Assembly: GCA_973895155.1 (NCBI GenBank)
Contig: OZ316895.1
Coordinates: forward strand, 3,149,659-3,213,658
Reading direction: 5' to 3'
DNA from: Marsupella aquatica
Taxonomy: Eukaryota; Plantae; Marchantiophyta
DNA: 64,000 bases
In this document: piece after piece, positions 36,765 to 51,475 of the stretch
Position numbering within the stretch: the stretch's first letter is position 1
How the letters are laid out: the number at the start of each line of letters is the position of its first letter
Program-made: the position numbers and the translations under genes
Notes under the pieces: generated by a model
Told to the model about the DNA's origin: nothing
Seen by the model: only the letters and a program-made list of their open reading frames with translations
Database searches by the model: none

Positions 36765-39700
36765 TTACCAGAAGTCCCAAATCCATGACCTGGCAGGCTC
36801 TTCCTCCTCTACCTGTTGCTCCTTTTGAGGGAGTGCTGAGAGTGCGGCTGTATCATCCATAATGTTCCCAGCAGCTGACTGAGCACCTCGCCGAGTTCTC
36901 TGCGCTAAGATTTGAAGCAGTTTGGAAGAGAGGAATTGCTCCATAGCCCCCTCTGGAGACAAGCCTAGGATGTCTGCACACTCTCTTCGAAAATCAGCAT
37001 TCGTAGAAGAGGTTATGAGTCCAGAAATGCAGCGAGCCAGGGCCGGAATGTGTTTCTGCACCTGATGAGCAATCCCCACACCAAAATTTAGTTGACAAGG
37101 ACTTTGGGAGGAGCATCACGACGCTGGCACTCGAGCCACCCCGCCATCATTTGATTGGTTGAACTCGACTTGAATGAAATTACGATGCGGGACGCACAAA
37201 CTCACTATTTGCGGCACAGAGGAGTAGATTAGGTGTGACTTACCTCAACGTCTTGTCGGGTGGACAGGAGGTGTGGCAAGGTCTCCTTCAAATCTTGCAA
37301 TGCTGCTTCGATGGCTGATTTGGCCATCTTTATCTCTCCTTTCCACGTAGGTTTCTGGTCCGGAAGTGCTGTCTGGAGTTAAGGAAGTTTTAAGCTTCGA
37401 TTATGAGAGACACATGATTCTGGAATTCCTAGCCATGACAACAAACACCGCCTGCACACCAACGGTTACCGTGGATGTACTCCAGTCTTTGCAAGCTTGA
37501 AGTGATAGACTTGCGGACTATATATAAGTGCAGGATATAGTCTCTGAATCTATGGAGCACCAAGTCGAATCTTTCAATCTCTCCCGCTGGCCGATCCCAC
37601 ACAATTACCACCGATGGAAGGCCAGCGCAGGATCTTACGTCAACTCGTTTGATCGCCAGTCCAAAGGTTGACCAATCCACGCGGTAGATTGCACGAAGGG
37701 CATAGGAGGGTCTTGAAAGACGATACCGGAAGTCTTCGAGACACAGCACCTATACATGACACTCTAAGTTACAAGTGATTGCGACGGATTGTGTGGTTAA
37801 TGCAGATGTTAAGAAAGAATGTCAGAGTGTTTTTAGCTGTTAAGGAGTATGTTACAAGGAGACAGAAACATCTTAGCCGACTAACGTGTGTTTGGAACGT
37901 TCTGATGCTCTCGTCTGTTCCGGCCACGATCCTCTCTATTTCTTCTTGATCTTTTTGGATAAGAACAAAGCAAGCTTGCATCTTCCACAACGCGTTGTAA
38001 ACCGACTGTCCTTTGCCCACTTTAAGCGCTTGTCTGTACAATATCATCAAATCGTACCAGGACTTGTGATTTGCTAATTTCAAGTCCCTATCAACAGAGA
38101 AAAGAGAGAGTGCCACGGATTTCATTTTCCAAACGGACGCAAAGAATAATATCCCAGCGCGTCTGTAGTTACTAGTTACGTTTTTAGTCAGAGATTGTTT
38201 CCAGAAATTAGCGTAACTAATCAAAGTGATGATTTGAGCTAATTGCGGGGGACGGGAGTTACTGGTAGACCTGAACTCGGTCGGATTACTCACTTCAACC
38301 GGGCCTTATCGCTTGAAGCTTCTTGGTACTTGTAGATATACTTGCTTGTGTAGTCAACAATTCCAATACCTAGACGGTCGAGATCGGACAGAGAGTCTGA
38401 TAAATGAACTTCTCCATCAGTAATGAGCTCGCAGTATTCCTTGTGCTGGTCATAATTAGAGTTTTGTTGCCGGTTGTCTTCCAGGCAGAACTCAATGAGA
38501 ACACCCTAATTCGGGTTTCAATATGCGTGAGTGAGAGCTCTCAGAACCGAATGCTACACGAAATGGTCAGGACGACTACGAATGAAATCGTGATAAAATT
38601 AATTTCAAATGCACGGGTATGTTCTTCTGACTCACCTTTATCTTTAGTATCGAGAGCTGAATATGTCCAATTTTTTGTGTGAATTGTGTGATTGGTTCAT
38701 GAGAAGGGTCCACAGCGAAGCCATTAGAGCATGTCTACTTAGATTCTTCATTACCTTTGCATTACCAGCAAGAAAAAAAAAACGCAATGTCATATTTAAA
38801 TTCCTGTAAGACACCGCGGCCGGTACGTCGATGCCTGCAGTCAAGGTGACCCTCAGCTGTCAGCGAGTCCACGTAAAACCTCGCCGCATCCTCCCAGTGG
38901 TGTGACATTTTTCCTAATCGTGTTTGGGAACTGTACCACTTTTGCAATACCTTTCTGCATAGATTTCGAATGTAGGTTGCAAGCTCAGTGGTATCCCCGA
39001 TCAGGAGCACCGACGCCTCCGTCCCACTGTATCTCCACAATTCAAGAAGAGAATTGGCAATTTGATTGCCAGGAAATATCTCAGTCAATAACCCGTTACT
39101 CAATTATTCAGTGTATTAGAAAGTATCATGACAGTGACTTGGATTGACTCTCGATTTGTTGTGCAGGTAGGCTAATCGTACCTAAATGTGCTCCCAGCTT
39201 TTGGCTTGCTCTCTATTGAGCAAATTCTGCGTCCACTAGTCTTTTCTTTGGTACCGCCAGCTCCGCCTTCATGGATGCTGTAACTGCGAATATCCTGCTC
39301 CTCGATGCCTGACATTACAGTGCTCGCTTTGAATATTAAATCTAATCTACAGAGTTCGTCTTCGATTCTAGTAGCCGTCACTCGAGCTGACGATTCTAGA
39401 TGATCTTCAATTGTTATTCATTCACGGCGCAGGACGAAGTAAGCCTTATCGCTACTTTGAACATGAGATACATTTCTTCGTGACCAGAATCAGAATGCAG
39501 AGGATGACCGTAACGGAAGTTGACTTCCACAATCATGATCAAAGATAGTGAGAATGCTGTGAAATAGATTCCAGATATAGCTTCAAGAAACTTTATATTA
39601 TAGCAGTACCGGTAGACAGTGAGCATCATACAAGCTAAGTGAGTTACGATGAAAACATGGAGGACGTGGGACAGGACCACAGGAGAGGTGTACATATTAC

Positions 39701-40459
39701 CGGTTGTGGTTATGAAAAGAACTCCGTCTGTATTCATAAAACCGATGCAGATATGGCCATTCCACGTCACAAAGTTCGAAAGCAGACAACGCAATCAAAT
39801 TCATATCAATCTGCCGGCGGACAACAGACGGCCATAACTTTGAATTGCCTAGTTCCAATCCGGACCGACCATCATAATGATATAGCCCTTCACAAGTCGA
39901 TGCCAGCTTGAACTCCAGAAGTTTTCAATGAATCCTATTTCCAACACGTCATACCCCAAGATAGATGTCGATCATGATCATCGGAAACCGTCCCAATAGA
40001 GCACATGCGGTATGGAAAGTACTTGGAAACCTGTTGAGGATGTATTCCATATCCTGTGTCTGCAACTACGTAATGACACAATTTCCGACGCGGATTGGTC
40101 TGACGATAATGCATTCGAGAAGAAATGAAAGATTATCGTAAAGTTTCACTCAGGACCAAAGTTCCTACCGGCAATTCTCTCTGAGGGTAAGTATTTATAA
40201 TTCATCCTTTTGAAATCAATACGTGAAACTAGGAGACACTTTTGCAGTAAGTTACTGTAGATCTCTTAAATAAAACTTCAACAATTCTATTTTCAACTCG
40301 AGATCCTTGATGATGATCGTTCAACCAAAATTCCAAGCATCCCTTCCAGACTCGCTCCTGGATAGGTTGTAACGTACCAGACAAGCGAGACTTGCCGCTC
40401 GGTCTATCATCCGTATCCATTGGCAGCCGCGTAAGGGAAACTGTGATGCGAGTCACCAC
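36765..40459 (-). pseudogene. Possible multi-exon orphan gene or pseudogene, unknown family
   Basis: A series of protein-like minus-strand ORFs (40229-40459, 39414-39794, 39172-39381, 38762-39103, 37769-38293, 37429-37749, 36765-37079) with some plausible splice sites. No recognised domain and no complete model. Confidence 0.3.
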
Positions 40460-43400
40460 ATTCGAAACCTTGCATCGATTAAGAGAATCCTCGATTAGCT
40501 GCAGAGAACAAGAAAGATTATGAGGAAATGACGATAGTCGAACAGTTCAAAAATGTACCCTGCTTCGCTTTCTATGTACCCTGCTGCGCTTTCTGTGATG
40601 ACAGGGGGGCTAGTTATCGTACAAATGACCATCGCGACCTTCCGTAACGAGCTGCCAGACATTTCGAAACCAGAACAACTACAGGAGTAGTTGTCGATCA
40701 TGCTTGAACAACGAACTTGAGGCCATTAGCAAAGATCAATGCTATATGTCAGTAGGAACGAATTAGCAATCAATAACCCGTGCATGACAGTCAGATAATA
40801 GATGATAGAAACTTGAAAGATCGAAGCAGCTGCAACAAAGAATTCCACGCATCCATTTTATGAATCGAACAGTTCCTTCCAGTATAACTTAAAAAGTAGC
40901 GCACGGATTTCCGAGTACGGCTTCACAATCGAGGCACATTCACGGCATTGCAATCACGACTTTACGATTAAACGATTATCAGCCGATACAGAGTATCCGA
41001 GGGCTTTTACTCGAGGAGAGACACATCAAGCATCATAACATGAGACCCGACGTTTAGAACGAGGAATGCTTAGCGAGAATTAAAAACACCTATCACGTTT
41101 CTGCAATTCAATACGAAGTACACAAACATGTAGCGTTTCAGACAACTTCCAGGATACAGCGTTTGGAGCAATGAACTCTTACCGAATGAGCCACATAGGT
41201 TGGACTGATATGCCTGGGTTCAATTGGCGGAAGTGTACATTCAGCGTCTTGCCTTCCCCGCTTCATCGATCTTAGATTCCCGATTTTCCAGACAAGATTT
41301 CGTGCAATGTCGCGGAGCTCGAGACTTGAAATCCGAAGGTGGACTGGATGGACCTGTGCTGGTGCTGGCCCGACCGGCGCTGTGTGAGGAGAAGCTCGAG
41401 AGAGCTCTGGGTCAGAAAGTGAGAGGGACAGAGTGTTCAGTCGTTCGTTTGTACTGCCAGCAAATATTTTGAGGACATAGTAGGGCGTGTCCCTTAACAT
41501 TTATTTTTTTGGACGTTTATAGGGTACTTATTTTTATTTTACTTATCAGGGTAGCACGTTACTAACTCATAACCATTTTGGTAATCCATGTCAATAAGTG
41601 CATTTTATGTCCTGAGCCCTAACTCAGATACAAGTGTGCATTGACATGCCCTAGTAGACTGTTCACACTATACAAGTCACATTATTTGGAGTCTCCCTAA
41701 GATAAAAATGTGACAATATACTCTGTTCACATTCGAGCCACATTACTTGGAGTACTTGGGGTCTCCCTAATTGCACATATAAAATGTGACAATACATGGT
41801 TTCCTATGTTACTCCATACCAAGATAAACCCAACTGTTCTTTTGAAATCAACTTATTACTAATTTGCAAACAGAAGCTAGGTTGGGCTCTAGACTTCTAA
41901 AGTGAAATCTCTAGATAGTAACTATGGGGCCATGTATGTAGATGGAGAATAGAATGGGATGTATGGTATGTCAAAATGATGATCACTCATGCTAATTTTT
42001 GTTATCATTCTATTATCATTCAAAGGATGGGCATTCAGGCTTATTGATTGTATTCTAAATATGTATTTAGGTGACAGGTTTTGATGGGCAATTAGCTGGA
42101 CATCATTATTTGCAAAGCCAATATATTGGACATAGTACACTGTTTTACAATATTTAGTGCAATCCACATTATTTGCAAAGCAACAAATATATTACCCACA
42201 CTTTAAATCACTACTAGCACTGTTTGCACTATTTTGTGCAAGCCACATTACGCAAATGATATATTACCCACAACTTTAATCACTACTAATCTGACTATCC
42301 GTTCTTGTTCTTGTAATGTACAAAGTTCATTGTTGACTTATCCCACTACTTGTTTTCTGTGCGCACTCCCCCACTATTTATGCCCCTATTTGTGCCGGTC
42401 TATTCACTCTAGAGACAGTACCTAGGCCTGAGAGTAGCACTGGATTGGGATTATCTAGTTACAGATATAGATTCTAGCATCTTCACTTTTATTGTATTAT
42501 TGCCAATTTGTATTATATAATTGTATATTACTAGCATTATTTGGAAAGATTGGCAAGTGGCTATCACTAGGGTTTAACTAAACTCATTTGCTTCATTTCT
42601 TAGATAGGATGAACAACTAAAGTAGATCACTCCTTACTACTAATGTTTAGTGCAATGACATAACAATCCTCCTATTAGCTATGTTGGAAGTGCAACCAGG
42701 TCGAACACTTCAAGCGAGACTGTAAGAGAAAGACAGCTGAATCTTCATCGGCAAATGTGACAAGGGCTAATGGAGATGTTGATTTACTCAATGATGAGTA
42801 TGTATTATGAAGCCAAGAGTATGCCTTGTGCACATCATATAGGAGAACATAGTTTGTGTGAGTCTGAAATTGTAAGCCAGGATCTTTTAAAGTCATATTT
42901 AGTTGGGTAAATGAGTTCCCGGATCTACCATGAGAATCCCCAAAATTTGGGAACAAGTTTCTAGCTTCATTTAACCAAGCATGGCACTCAAAATTGGTGA
43001 ATTTTGGGTATCAAAACTAGCCAAATAAGTTTGGGCATGGCTTTCAGATATTCCACCTTTTATCAGTTTTTGATTGATAGTAAGACTACATTGGAACTCC
43101 TCTATCCTCTATCAGGCCCCACTAGAAGGGATCTTTAACAACAAAGACTTCTTATACATGTCATGATACCTTCCAAGTCTCTTGGCAAGATTTGCCCGGT
43201 CTATCTTTGGAAAATTGTAATGCCCAAACACTACAGCCATTGAGGTAAATACTGATTTCTTGGACTGATAATGATGACCTGTTCTGGTTTTTTACCTGGT
43301 CAGCTCCAAAGATGACATTCTAGTTATCTTGAAGCTGTTAAATAGTAGATATTCAGGGCATAATCTTTCAAACTCGCCGGCTACACTTGTCATGGACAAT

Positions 43401-44706
43401 AATGGTACCCTCCCATGAAGCAGTGTCCTGGCCCTACAGTTGAGACACCCCTGATTGTTATTACTACTAGTTTGATTACTCTTTTCTTGAACATAAATAG
43501 AGATGAAAAAAAGAAGCAAAAAAATAGATTCTACACTATTTCTTGTTTATATTTGCCTCATCAGTGTTTTTCATTCACCCTCATTTTGTCCTTGTTTAGA
43601 ATTTAGTTTTTATTACAATATTTGGAGTTACCCAGCCCTTGAAAGTAGTTTCCTAGCCCTTGAAAGTAACTTTATTCTTACAATATATTAATAAAATTTG
43701 ATCGAGTGAAACTTGGCGAGAAAATTATCTAGAGGCTTCAATCTAGACCCTAGTGTGCACTGTCTCTGTCAAAACCTAGATACACCAGGTCTCACTATTT
43801 TGAGTATCATTTTATTGAAATTACGGAGCAAAATCTCACCCTAAACAAAAAATAAATGAAAAAGTGAAAAGTATTAGACTATGGACAGTGGTGTAAAGTA
43901 ATTTATATTCGCCATTTATGAGTAAGATTACATCCAGTGAAATCTCTAGTCACCTGGAAATGGACAACATTTCTTAGTAAAATTACATCCCGTGAAGACT
44001 CACCCAGAAGGCCGGAAATGAACAAGCAAAATGGACAGGCTCACATACAGCACCTTCCGTGCGTTCCTGTGGGAGAATAGCATTCGGGGAATGTCCTTTT
44101 TCCTAGTGAGGTACCGGCCGGAATGCAATTTGAATGCTGGCTTGATCAGTTGATCGTGAAGAACGAGAGGAATTATGGTAGAGTGACCGTACTTCGCCGC
44201 CAATGGGCACCTCTTCTTGATGATTGTCTCTGGAGTAAAATTCTGTCAGCATCGTCTCGACAATCGTGCTTGGCCGCCATCTTCTTGATTACGGTCTGTC
44301 TCGGCCTCGCTTCGGTAATGCCTAATGGTTCTCTTGAGGCGAAGAGTGCTCGCATTATTGGTATCCGGAGGAAAGGGATGACAGCTATTTGACGTTCTTG
44401 ACCGATCTTGGAGAGACATGTGGGACTTTTCTCGAAGGGACGAAAAGGATTCTTGTGGATAGTGGAACGGGCTTGGAGGACGGTGAAGGTAGAGGCCATT
44501 TCTGTTGCCTTTGTTGCAATTTTGTTCGTATCTGCTTTGATTTGTATTTTCAGTGGCTTCTGGTGAATTCCACCTCCTGTTTTTCTGAGGAATTGGCAGA
44601 GTTACTCGTAGAATTGCGGGGGTGAACTCTCGGACGCTCCACCTGACTTTACTTTATCGTGAACTTCACAGGCAAGCAGAATCTGGAGACGCGGAAGAAG
44701 ATAGAG

Positions 44707-47700
44707 ATGGAGATAGATTCTCTTCCCTTGCCCTTCACAACAGGCCGCAAGGCGGACTTTCAGTTTGAGAAAATCAGACTGGATGAAGAGATTGCGAAGG
44801 AGGACGACTGGAGGTGGGCTGTTGCCAAGGCATTTTTCGACCACAGAGGCCTTGTCGCCGACCACATTACCTCTTACAACAACTTCGTGGAGAAAGGAAT
44901 ACATGAAATGTTCAAGGAGGCTGAGCCATTTGAAGTTACACCGACTGAAGAAGGTTCCGTCCAAACGAAGGTTGTGGTAAGCTTCGGTGGAGTAGACCTC
45001 AGCAGAAAACCCGAGGTGGACGCCGATGATAGAGTAATCAACCCACAAAGCGCTGCCGAAGAATCGGACGGAAGTAAGAACGCAGATTATGGGGTTGGAA
45101 AGGGCAAAGGGGTGAGCTTGAGCTGGGTTACGAATGATGAGGCCGGTCCCAGCTCGAAAGCAAACGGCGATGCCGCTTTGGGAAGTGCTAGTTCAGGGGA
45201 CGCCTGTCAGAAGCTGAAGGGAAAATGTGATCATGCCACAAATGGGTTGAAGGAAGATGAAGAGGAGCCACCAATCATCTCGCAGGATAAGTGGGGAATT
45301 GATAGTCCTCCAACGAAAGTAGGCATGGACGAGGATATCGAAGAGGATGGTCCCAGTAAATCAGGAGAGAGTGAATATATGGACGTCGACGACCTCACTC
45401 AGGGGAAGACAGGCAAGGTTGCTTCGAAGGTTTCTCAGTTTAGCAAGTCTAGGAGCGCAAATGCGAGTCTCAGGCTCCTGCCTGTGGAGGCTCGAGTGAG
45501 AGGGATGACGTATTCTTCTCCGATTTACGTCAAGCTCATTCTAAAGGTTAGATCATGCTTACATTGTTAGAAAGCTTTGGACAGGCTGTGTAAAGCTCTC
45601 GTTCTCGGGACTCTCCTTTCACTTACTGTGCCGTGTCCTATTATCTGTTGGTATCCATTGCATGTCCATCAAAGCTAATAAACTCACTCTCCTAAACAAA
45701 CGATATGTGTTTGGCACAGACCACTACCCAGGTAAGCGAGCAGCCTCCATCAAAGAAATCGAAGTCTTCGTCTTCTTCCTCATCATCGAGAAAGAGATCG
45801 TCTACAGACACCAGAGAATGTCGTGTGCTGCTTGGCAGGATTCCTGTCATGGTGAAATCGTCTTTGTGCCACCTGAATTCTCAGAGCTCTCATGAGCCTC
45901 TGAAAGGTGACTGCAGTTTTGATCCCGGAGGCTACTTTCTAATCAAAGGCTCCGAGAAGGTACATCTTCTGTCCATGCACTTCATCAGTTACGATGAGCA
46001 TTTCCCCTACTTGTGTGAAGTGATACGCCGGTGGGAAATCTCCTGTTCATAACATTAATCTTCACGATATTTGTCTAATTGGAATCTGTGGTCTCCAGAG
46101 AATATTGCTCGTGAATGTAACTGCATGAAGAATCATCCTGAATCACTTGTACCTGAATGATATAGGTAATCGTGGCTCAGGAAGAAAAGATTCTGCAACG
46201 ACTTTGGGTGTCTTGCTCGAACGGCGTATGGTCGGCTACTTGCACAAGCAGACGCAAAGGCTTTGCTAACTACAATTTTCACAAGACCATAGTGAAGTTG
46301 GCTGTTCCCAAGAAAAATGGCACAGGCCAAGGCGGTGCTTTGCCATTGATAACAGTGTCTCTGTCGGGTATAGAATCGCTTCCTGTCGGTGTTCTTTACT
46401 CTGCCCTTGGTGTGTCTTCTGACCGTGAAATGTTGGAAATGATATGCGGTGATCTAGATGATACAGAGCTGCTTCAAGTTATTTGTCCCTCATTGGTCGA
46501 ATGTGACCGCGCTCTTGAAGGAGCACTGAAGGACTTTTCTGACAACACGTTTGCCGAAGCTGCTAGCAAGCGGGACAAAGCAGTGGCCCTATTCTACGTT
46601 GGGTCCAAGAAGACTTTTGGCACGAAGTCATTCGACGAGCAGACAGTAAAGGATCTACTCCAAGTGAAGCTCTTGCCACACATAGATTCCAGTGACAGGT
46701 GTAAGGCTCTCTATTTGGGATACATGGTTAGGACTCTTGCGTTATGTTTCTTAGGACGCCAACCGGGAACAGATCGTGATGACATGAAAAACAAGCGATT
46801 GGAGTTTGCTGGTGAGGTCATGAGTCACCAGTTCAGGAAGCTCATGGGTCAAGTCATCAATACAATGAAAAAGAGAATGCAAAAGCACCTGTCAAAAGGA
46901 ACTGAACTTCAGAGTATTGAGAAGTATCTTGATGACAAAGTGATCACTAGGGGCCTCAAAGTGGCTTTCACAAGCGGTAATTGGAGGGGCCATGACACGG
47001 TCAAGAACTCCGGTATAGTATTTGACCTCAAGAGAGGAAATCCTCTTTGGACACTTTGTCAATTGCGAGAATTGAGAGTCTTTTTTCCTCCCACTACGAG
47101 AGTTGGAGACGAAGCTCGCCATCCGTAAGTCTCATTCTTAAATGGCCATAGTTTCAGTGATTGCTCGCAGCAGTTGTTCAAGGTGTTTTCCCCACACTAA
47201 TGCCTTGCAAAGCTTGAGACTTTAGCCGGCGTTAATGTTTCGTTTTTGAGGGATCTGAGACTTTGATTGCAGGACTTTTTCTCAATGGGGTAAAGTGTGT
47301 CCCATTGATACACCTGACGGTGAGTCCTGCGGGTTGGTAAAAAATATGGCACTTACTGGAATTGTAAGCTGTGCAACTCCAGAAGCGCCAATCCTGAAGC
47401 TGTTGGCAGATTCGAGCATCGAGGCACTCGAGTCGGTGAAGGATCTGTCCAGCTTGCACAAGGCTATCAAAATATTTTTAAATGGAAGATGGATAGGTAT
47501 AGTAGCAGACCCCCAAGAAGCAACCAGGTTGGCTAACAAAATCAGGGAGGAGAGACGTCGAGGACCTGCAAAACCTGATCTAACTCAGGTATACGACAAT
47601 ATTGTAACCATCCCCAATGAATCGTGAGTGCAGCAACAAACTTTCTATCAGCATAATCCCGGTGCAGTTTATAGTTAACCTTGGATGTCTATGTTCTATG

Positions 47701-49744
47701 CAGGTGGAAGTAGTGCAGCACAATAGCCGCCGAGAAGTCCATATCAGCACTGATGGTGGCCGAATTGTACGACCCCTTCTAGTCGTGAAGGACCAGACGT
47801 TAGTCCTGAACGAGGACCATGTAGTAGCTATTCAACATCGTGTTGATAAAAAGAAATGTTTTCCGTGGTTATTAGCAAAGGGAGTTGTGGAGTTGCTCGG
47901 AATCGAAGAAGAAGAAAAGGCCATGGTCGCTCTTCATGGAGAGCATATTTGGAACGCAAAGGAGAAGGCGGAGGGCGGTCAGAAAGCCGTACAGTTTACG
48001 CATGCCGAAGTTCATCCTTCTCTGATTCTTGGTCTAAGTGCATCTGTCATTCCGTTCCCAAACCGGAATCAGAGTTCGAGAAATCTTTTTCAAGCTCATA
48101 AACATAGTAAGCAAGCTATTGGCTTCTATGTTACGAACATCAACAGTCGAGCAGACACTGCAGGACAACATCTATTCTATCCTCAGGTACACTTGGAATT
48201 TTGTCACGGGCTGTTTTCGATAGTTATATTAGTTCAGGTTCGCCCTCCCATGCTGTTTTACTTCTATTCTGAATGCTCCACTCTTTTTTGTTGCCACCAA
48301 GTTTGCTGTGGATAAGCTGTTTATGTATGTGATCGTCATTTCCAGGTGCAACTCGTGAAGACAAATGCATATGAGTGCCTACAAAAGCCAGAGATGTTTA
48401 GTGGGCAAAATGCAATAGTTGCCATTGCCTGCTACACAGGATATAATCAAGAAGATTCAATCATTATGGATCAGTCGTCTCTGGATCGGGGAATGTTCAG
48501 GACAACCCATTATATGACTGTTAAAGCGGAGGAAAGAAAAGACATAGAAACCTTTGGAAAGCCCAGCGAATATGATATCGGTGGAGAAAAGCTTGGAAGG
48601 TCTCTCGAAAAATTGGATGAAGACGGGCTCCCAGTTGTAGGGTCGGCCCTGGGTCCTAAAGACGTCATAGTTGGCAAGCTGAGCAAGTCACAGAGTGATA
48701 ACAATTCCTGGCTCACAGCTGATCGCAGCCAGCGACTCAAAGCCCATGAAAAAGGCAGAGTCGCACAAGTGGTCCTGGTGCAGGACGAAGAAGGGCAAAA
48801 AGTTGCTAGGGTTAAATTGCGGGAATCACGAATGCCGCAGGTTGGAGATAAATTCTCTTCCATGCACGGCCAAAAGGGCGTTGTCGGTATGGTCTTCACA
48901 CAAGACGACTTACCTTTTACCAGTGAGGGCATTGTTCCGGACATAATCATCAATCCCCATGCTTTCCCAAATAGGCAAACGCTAGGGCAAATGTGCGAGA
49001 GTGCTCTGGGAAAAGTAGTGGCCAAGACTGGAGAGAGGCTCTTTGCAACGCCTTTCAACCCTTCATGTACAGTGGAATCGATTTCAGACGCACTACAGCA
49101 GTAAGTTTTGTCTGTTTCTGCAAAGGCTTGCCATGACATCGTTCTTTCGGCTCTGAGGCGTTGAAAGACGCTCTACCTGAAATAGTTTGTTCTTCTTCTT
49201 GTACCCAACAAAGACCAGCCTGAGGGACTTACTGTTGTTCGTCTGTTGATACAGGGCTGGATGTGAAAGATGGGGTACAGAGGTCATGTACAACGGGTTT
49301 ACAGGCCAGCCCATGGAGGCGAAAATTTTCATGGGGTCTACCTTTTATCAAAGGTTGACTCACATGGTTGAAGATAAAATAAAGTTTCGGAGCCGTGGGC
49401 ATGTGCACCCACTGACGAGGCAACCTGTGTCTGATAGAAAGCGGCATGGTGGAGTGAAATTCGGAGAGATGGAAAGAGATTGTTTAGTAGCACACGGTGC
49501 CGCAGCCACTCTTCAAGAGAGAAGTTTTATTTTGAGTGATTTCCACACGGTGCATGTGTGCACTGTATGCGAACAGCTAGCTAACTGGAATTCGGAAAGA
49601 GTGCCAGCTTGCCGGCACTGCACCAAAGAAAAGAAGAAAGGGAGTTCCATTGTAAAGGTGGAGTTACCATATGCTTGCAAGCTTTTGATACAGGAGCTGA
49701 TGAGTATGTGCATATCCGTCCGTCTGAAACCAGAACTTATGTGA
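44707..49744 (+). CDS. NRPD2: DNA-directed RNA polymerase IV/V second-largest subunit (NRPD2/NRPE2)
   Basis: Exons 44707-45546, 45720-45959, 46166-47124, 47273-47588, 47704-48186, 48346-49100 and 49255-49744 (GT-AG, frame-consistent; an upstream exon is possible). Motifs: GRIPVMVKS, FDPGGYFLIKGSEKV, TPDGESCGLVKN, GYNQEDS. GDKFSSMHGQKG and HPLTRQPVSDRKRHGGVKFGEMERD are NRP(D/E)2-like rather than RPB2 (GDKFSSRHGQKG; TRQPAEGRSRDGGLRFGEME). Confidence 0.9.
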
Positions 49745-50967
49745 GCAATGTGGAACTACCAGGTTTTGTACAAGCTCTGTAGCTCGCTAAAAAGGAAAAG
49801 CATTGAAATGGTAGCCAGATAGTGGTGAACCTGTATCATAGAGCTTGTATAGGTTCATTAATGTACTGGCCTAAATTTTGGTAGAGCACCTGTGGAGAGC
49901 ATGACAATCAGCTCAGTTACTCATTTTCCCCTGTAGACCTACCCAATCTTAGAATGCACGGAAATTTTGTACGATCGTTAATACTTACAGTTCTTCAATA
50001 CTAATTGTTCATTGCTTCTATTATGTTTATTTTCAGTCGCTGTCCTGGGGTCTTCAGTGCCCGTGTACATGGGTCACACTCACATTCATGCGTTTCTACA
50101 GTTTCAGTGGATAGTTTGAAGGCACATAGTTTGGAGCTGATGGTGTGACATTATTCTTCGAAAGAACAATTCATACTGAACAGAAGCGTCAACTTCTCAG
50201 CTACTCAAGAGTACTTGAAGTCAACATTTAAATTTCCATCAGTGTATTAACCTAACCAACTTTCTTTTCTAGTAGTGCGCATTACTCGCGCCCAGATTCT
50301 TCCAAGCCCTCGAGAACAAACACATAGTCGTCCAGCTTCAGGGAGATAAGGCGTCCATGAATGCAGTTCCCACGTCCATACAAGCCACATTACATCCTGA
50401 GTCTGGTCAGCACACAGGTAAGGGGACTTCAATGGATCGAGAGGAGAAGGATTGCCTTCAAGGTCTCTTAGCAACTGGCGGTCAACATCCTCTCAATGCA
50501 GGCTGATAGACCAACTGAAAGGGTCTCTTGCCAGTGCTTAGCACGATAAGAGTTTAAATTCTACGTCTGAATAAGAGTGTCAGGAACAGTCTGAGATCTC
50601 GGAAAGGACTTCCAAACTCTTTGCCTTCCTGACATCTTGTGACCAATTGCTGCACATCTTCATTTTGGTTCCCCAGTGTTCCTTGGTTGTCTCAATGTTT
50701 CTGGCTCAAGAGCCGTGCAACCTGATGCAGAAGTCTTGTCATGGCTCCTAGATTGCAGATGATTAGCTTGTTGGTACAATGCATTCTCTTTGTGTGTACT
50801 ACTTGGCCCTTCTTCATCCGCATAGTTCTCGCCATAATTTCCACTCTCGAGTGAGCGATAGTCGAGTACTTCGTCCCGTCCTAGTCTCACTCACTGGCTC
50901 TGCTTTTGCGCTACACACCATTGGAAGGCCCCGTTTGACGTGCTGCAAAGAAAACACGCGACACTAA

Positions 50968-51475
50968 TGGATTTGGATATTGGCACTTTTATGTGTAAGA
51001 GACATTTCCAATTTGGAAGAAAAAAGAGATGTTCTCAAAAACTGCGGAGGAAAGAGGCCAGAGAGGACTACCGAAAACCTAAGAAAAACCCGGTATTTTA
51101 AATATTTTGCGTCTACGATGGAGAGAAGATATCTTCATTTCTCGTGTTGTTGATCTACAATTCCTCTAAAACCACTGAGGATTTGTTGTTCTCACAATAA
51201 AGATGGCACAAATGAATGCAAGTGGAGGTCCGGCTTACTGGATTTGGATATTGGCACCTTTTACTATGTACGTGAAGGGACACTTCAAATTTTGGAGGGA
51301 AGAGCGAGTTTTCTGAGAAAAGTGTAGACGAAAAAGATCAGGAGAGAACTAACGAAAATCTAAGGAGGTGTTTTAAATTCTCTTTCCACAACGATGAGAA
51401 GAATTGCTCTGAAAACGCCCAGGTTGATCTTTCCTTGAGGAAAATGACACCATGAATGCAAGTGCAGTGCCCGGC
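50968..51475. repeat. Diverged tandem duplication, about 270-bp unit x2
   Basis: tggatttggatattggcac at 50968 and 51238; atgaatgcaagtg at about 51212 and 51452. Confidence 0.7.

Noticed and set aside
41500-43900. Possible transposase remnant (also about 2100-2900 and 15000-15600)
   Set aside because: Too degraded to assign a family or termini by eye.
48510-49139. 209-aa antisense ORF (and similar antisense ORFs over EGY1, the fusion gene and RPL19)
   Set aside because: Shadow ORFs of conserved coding exons with no independent signal.
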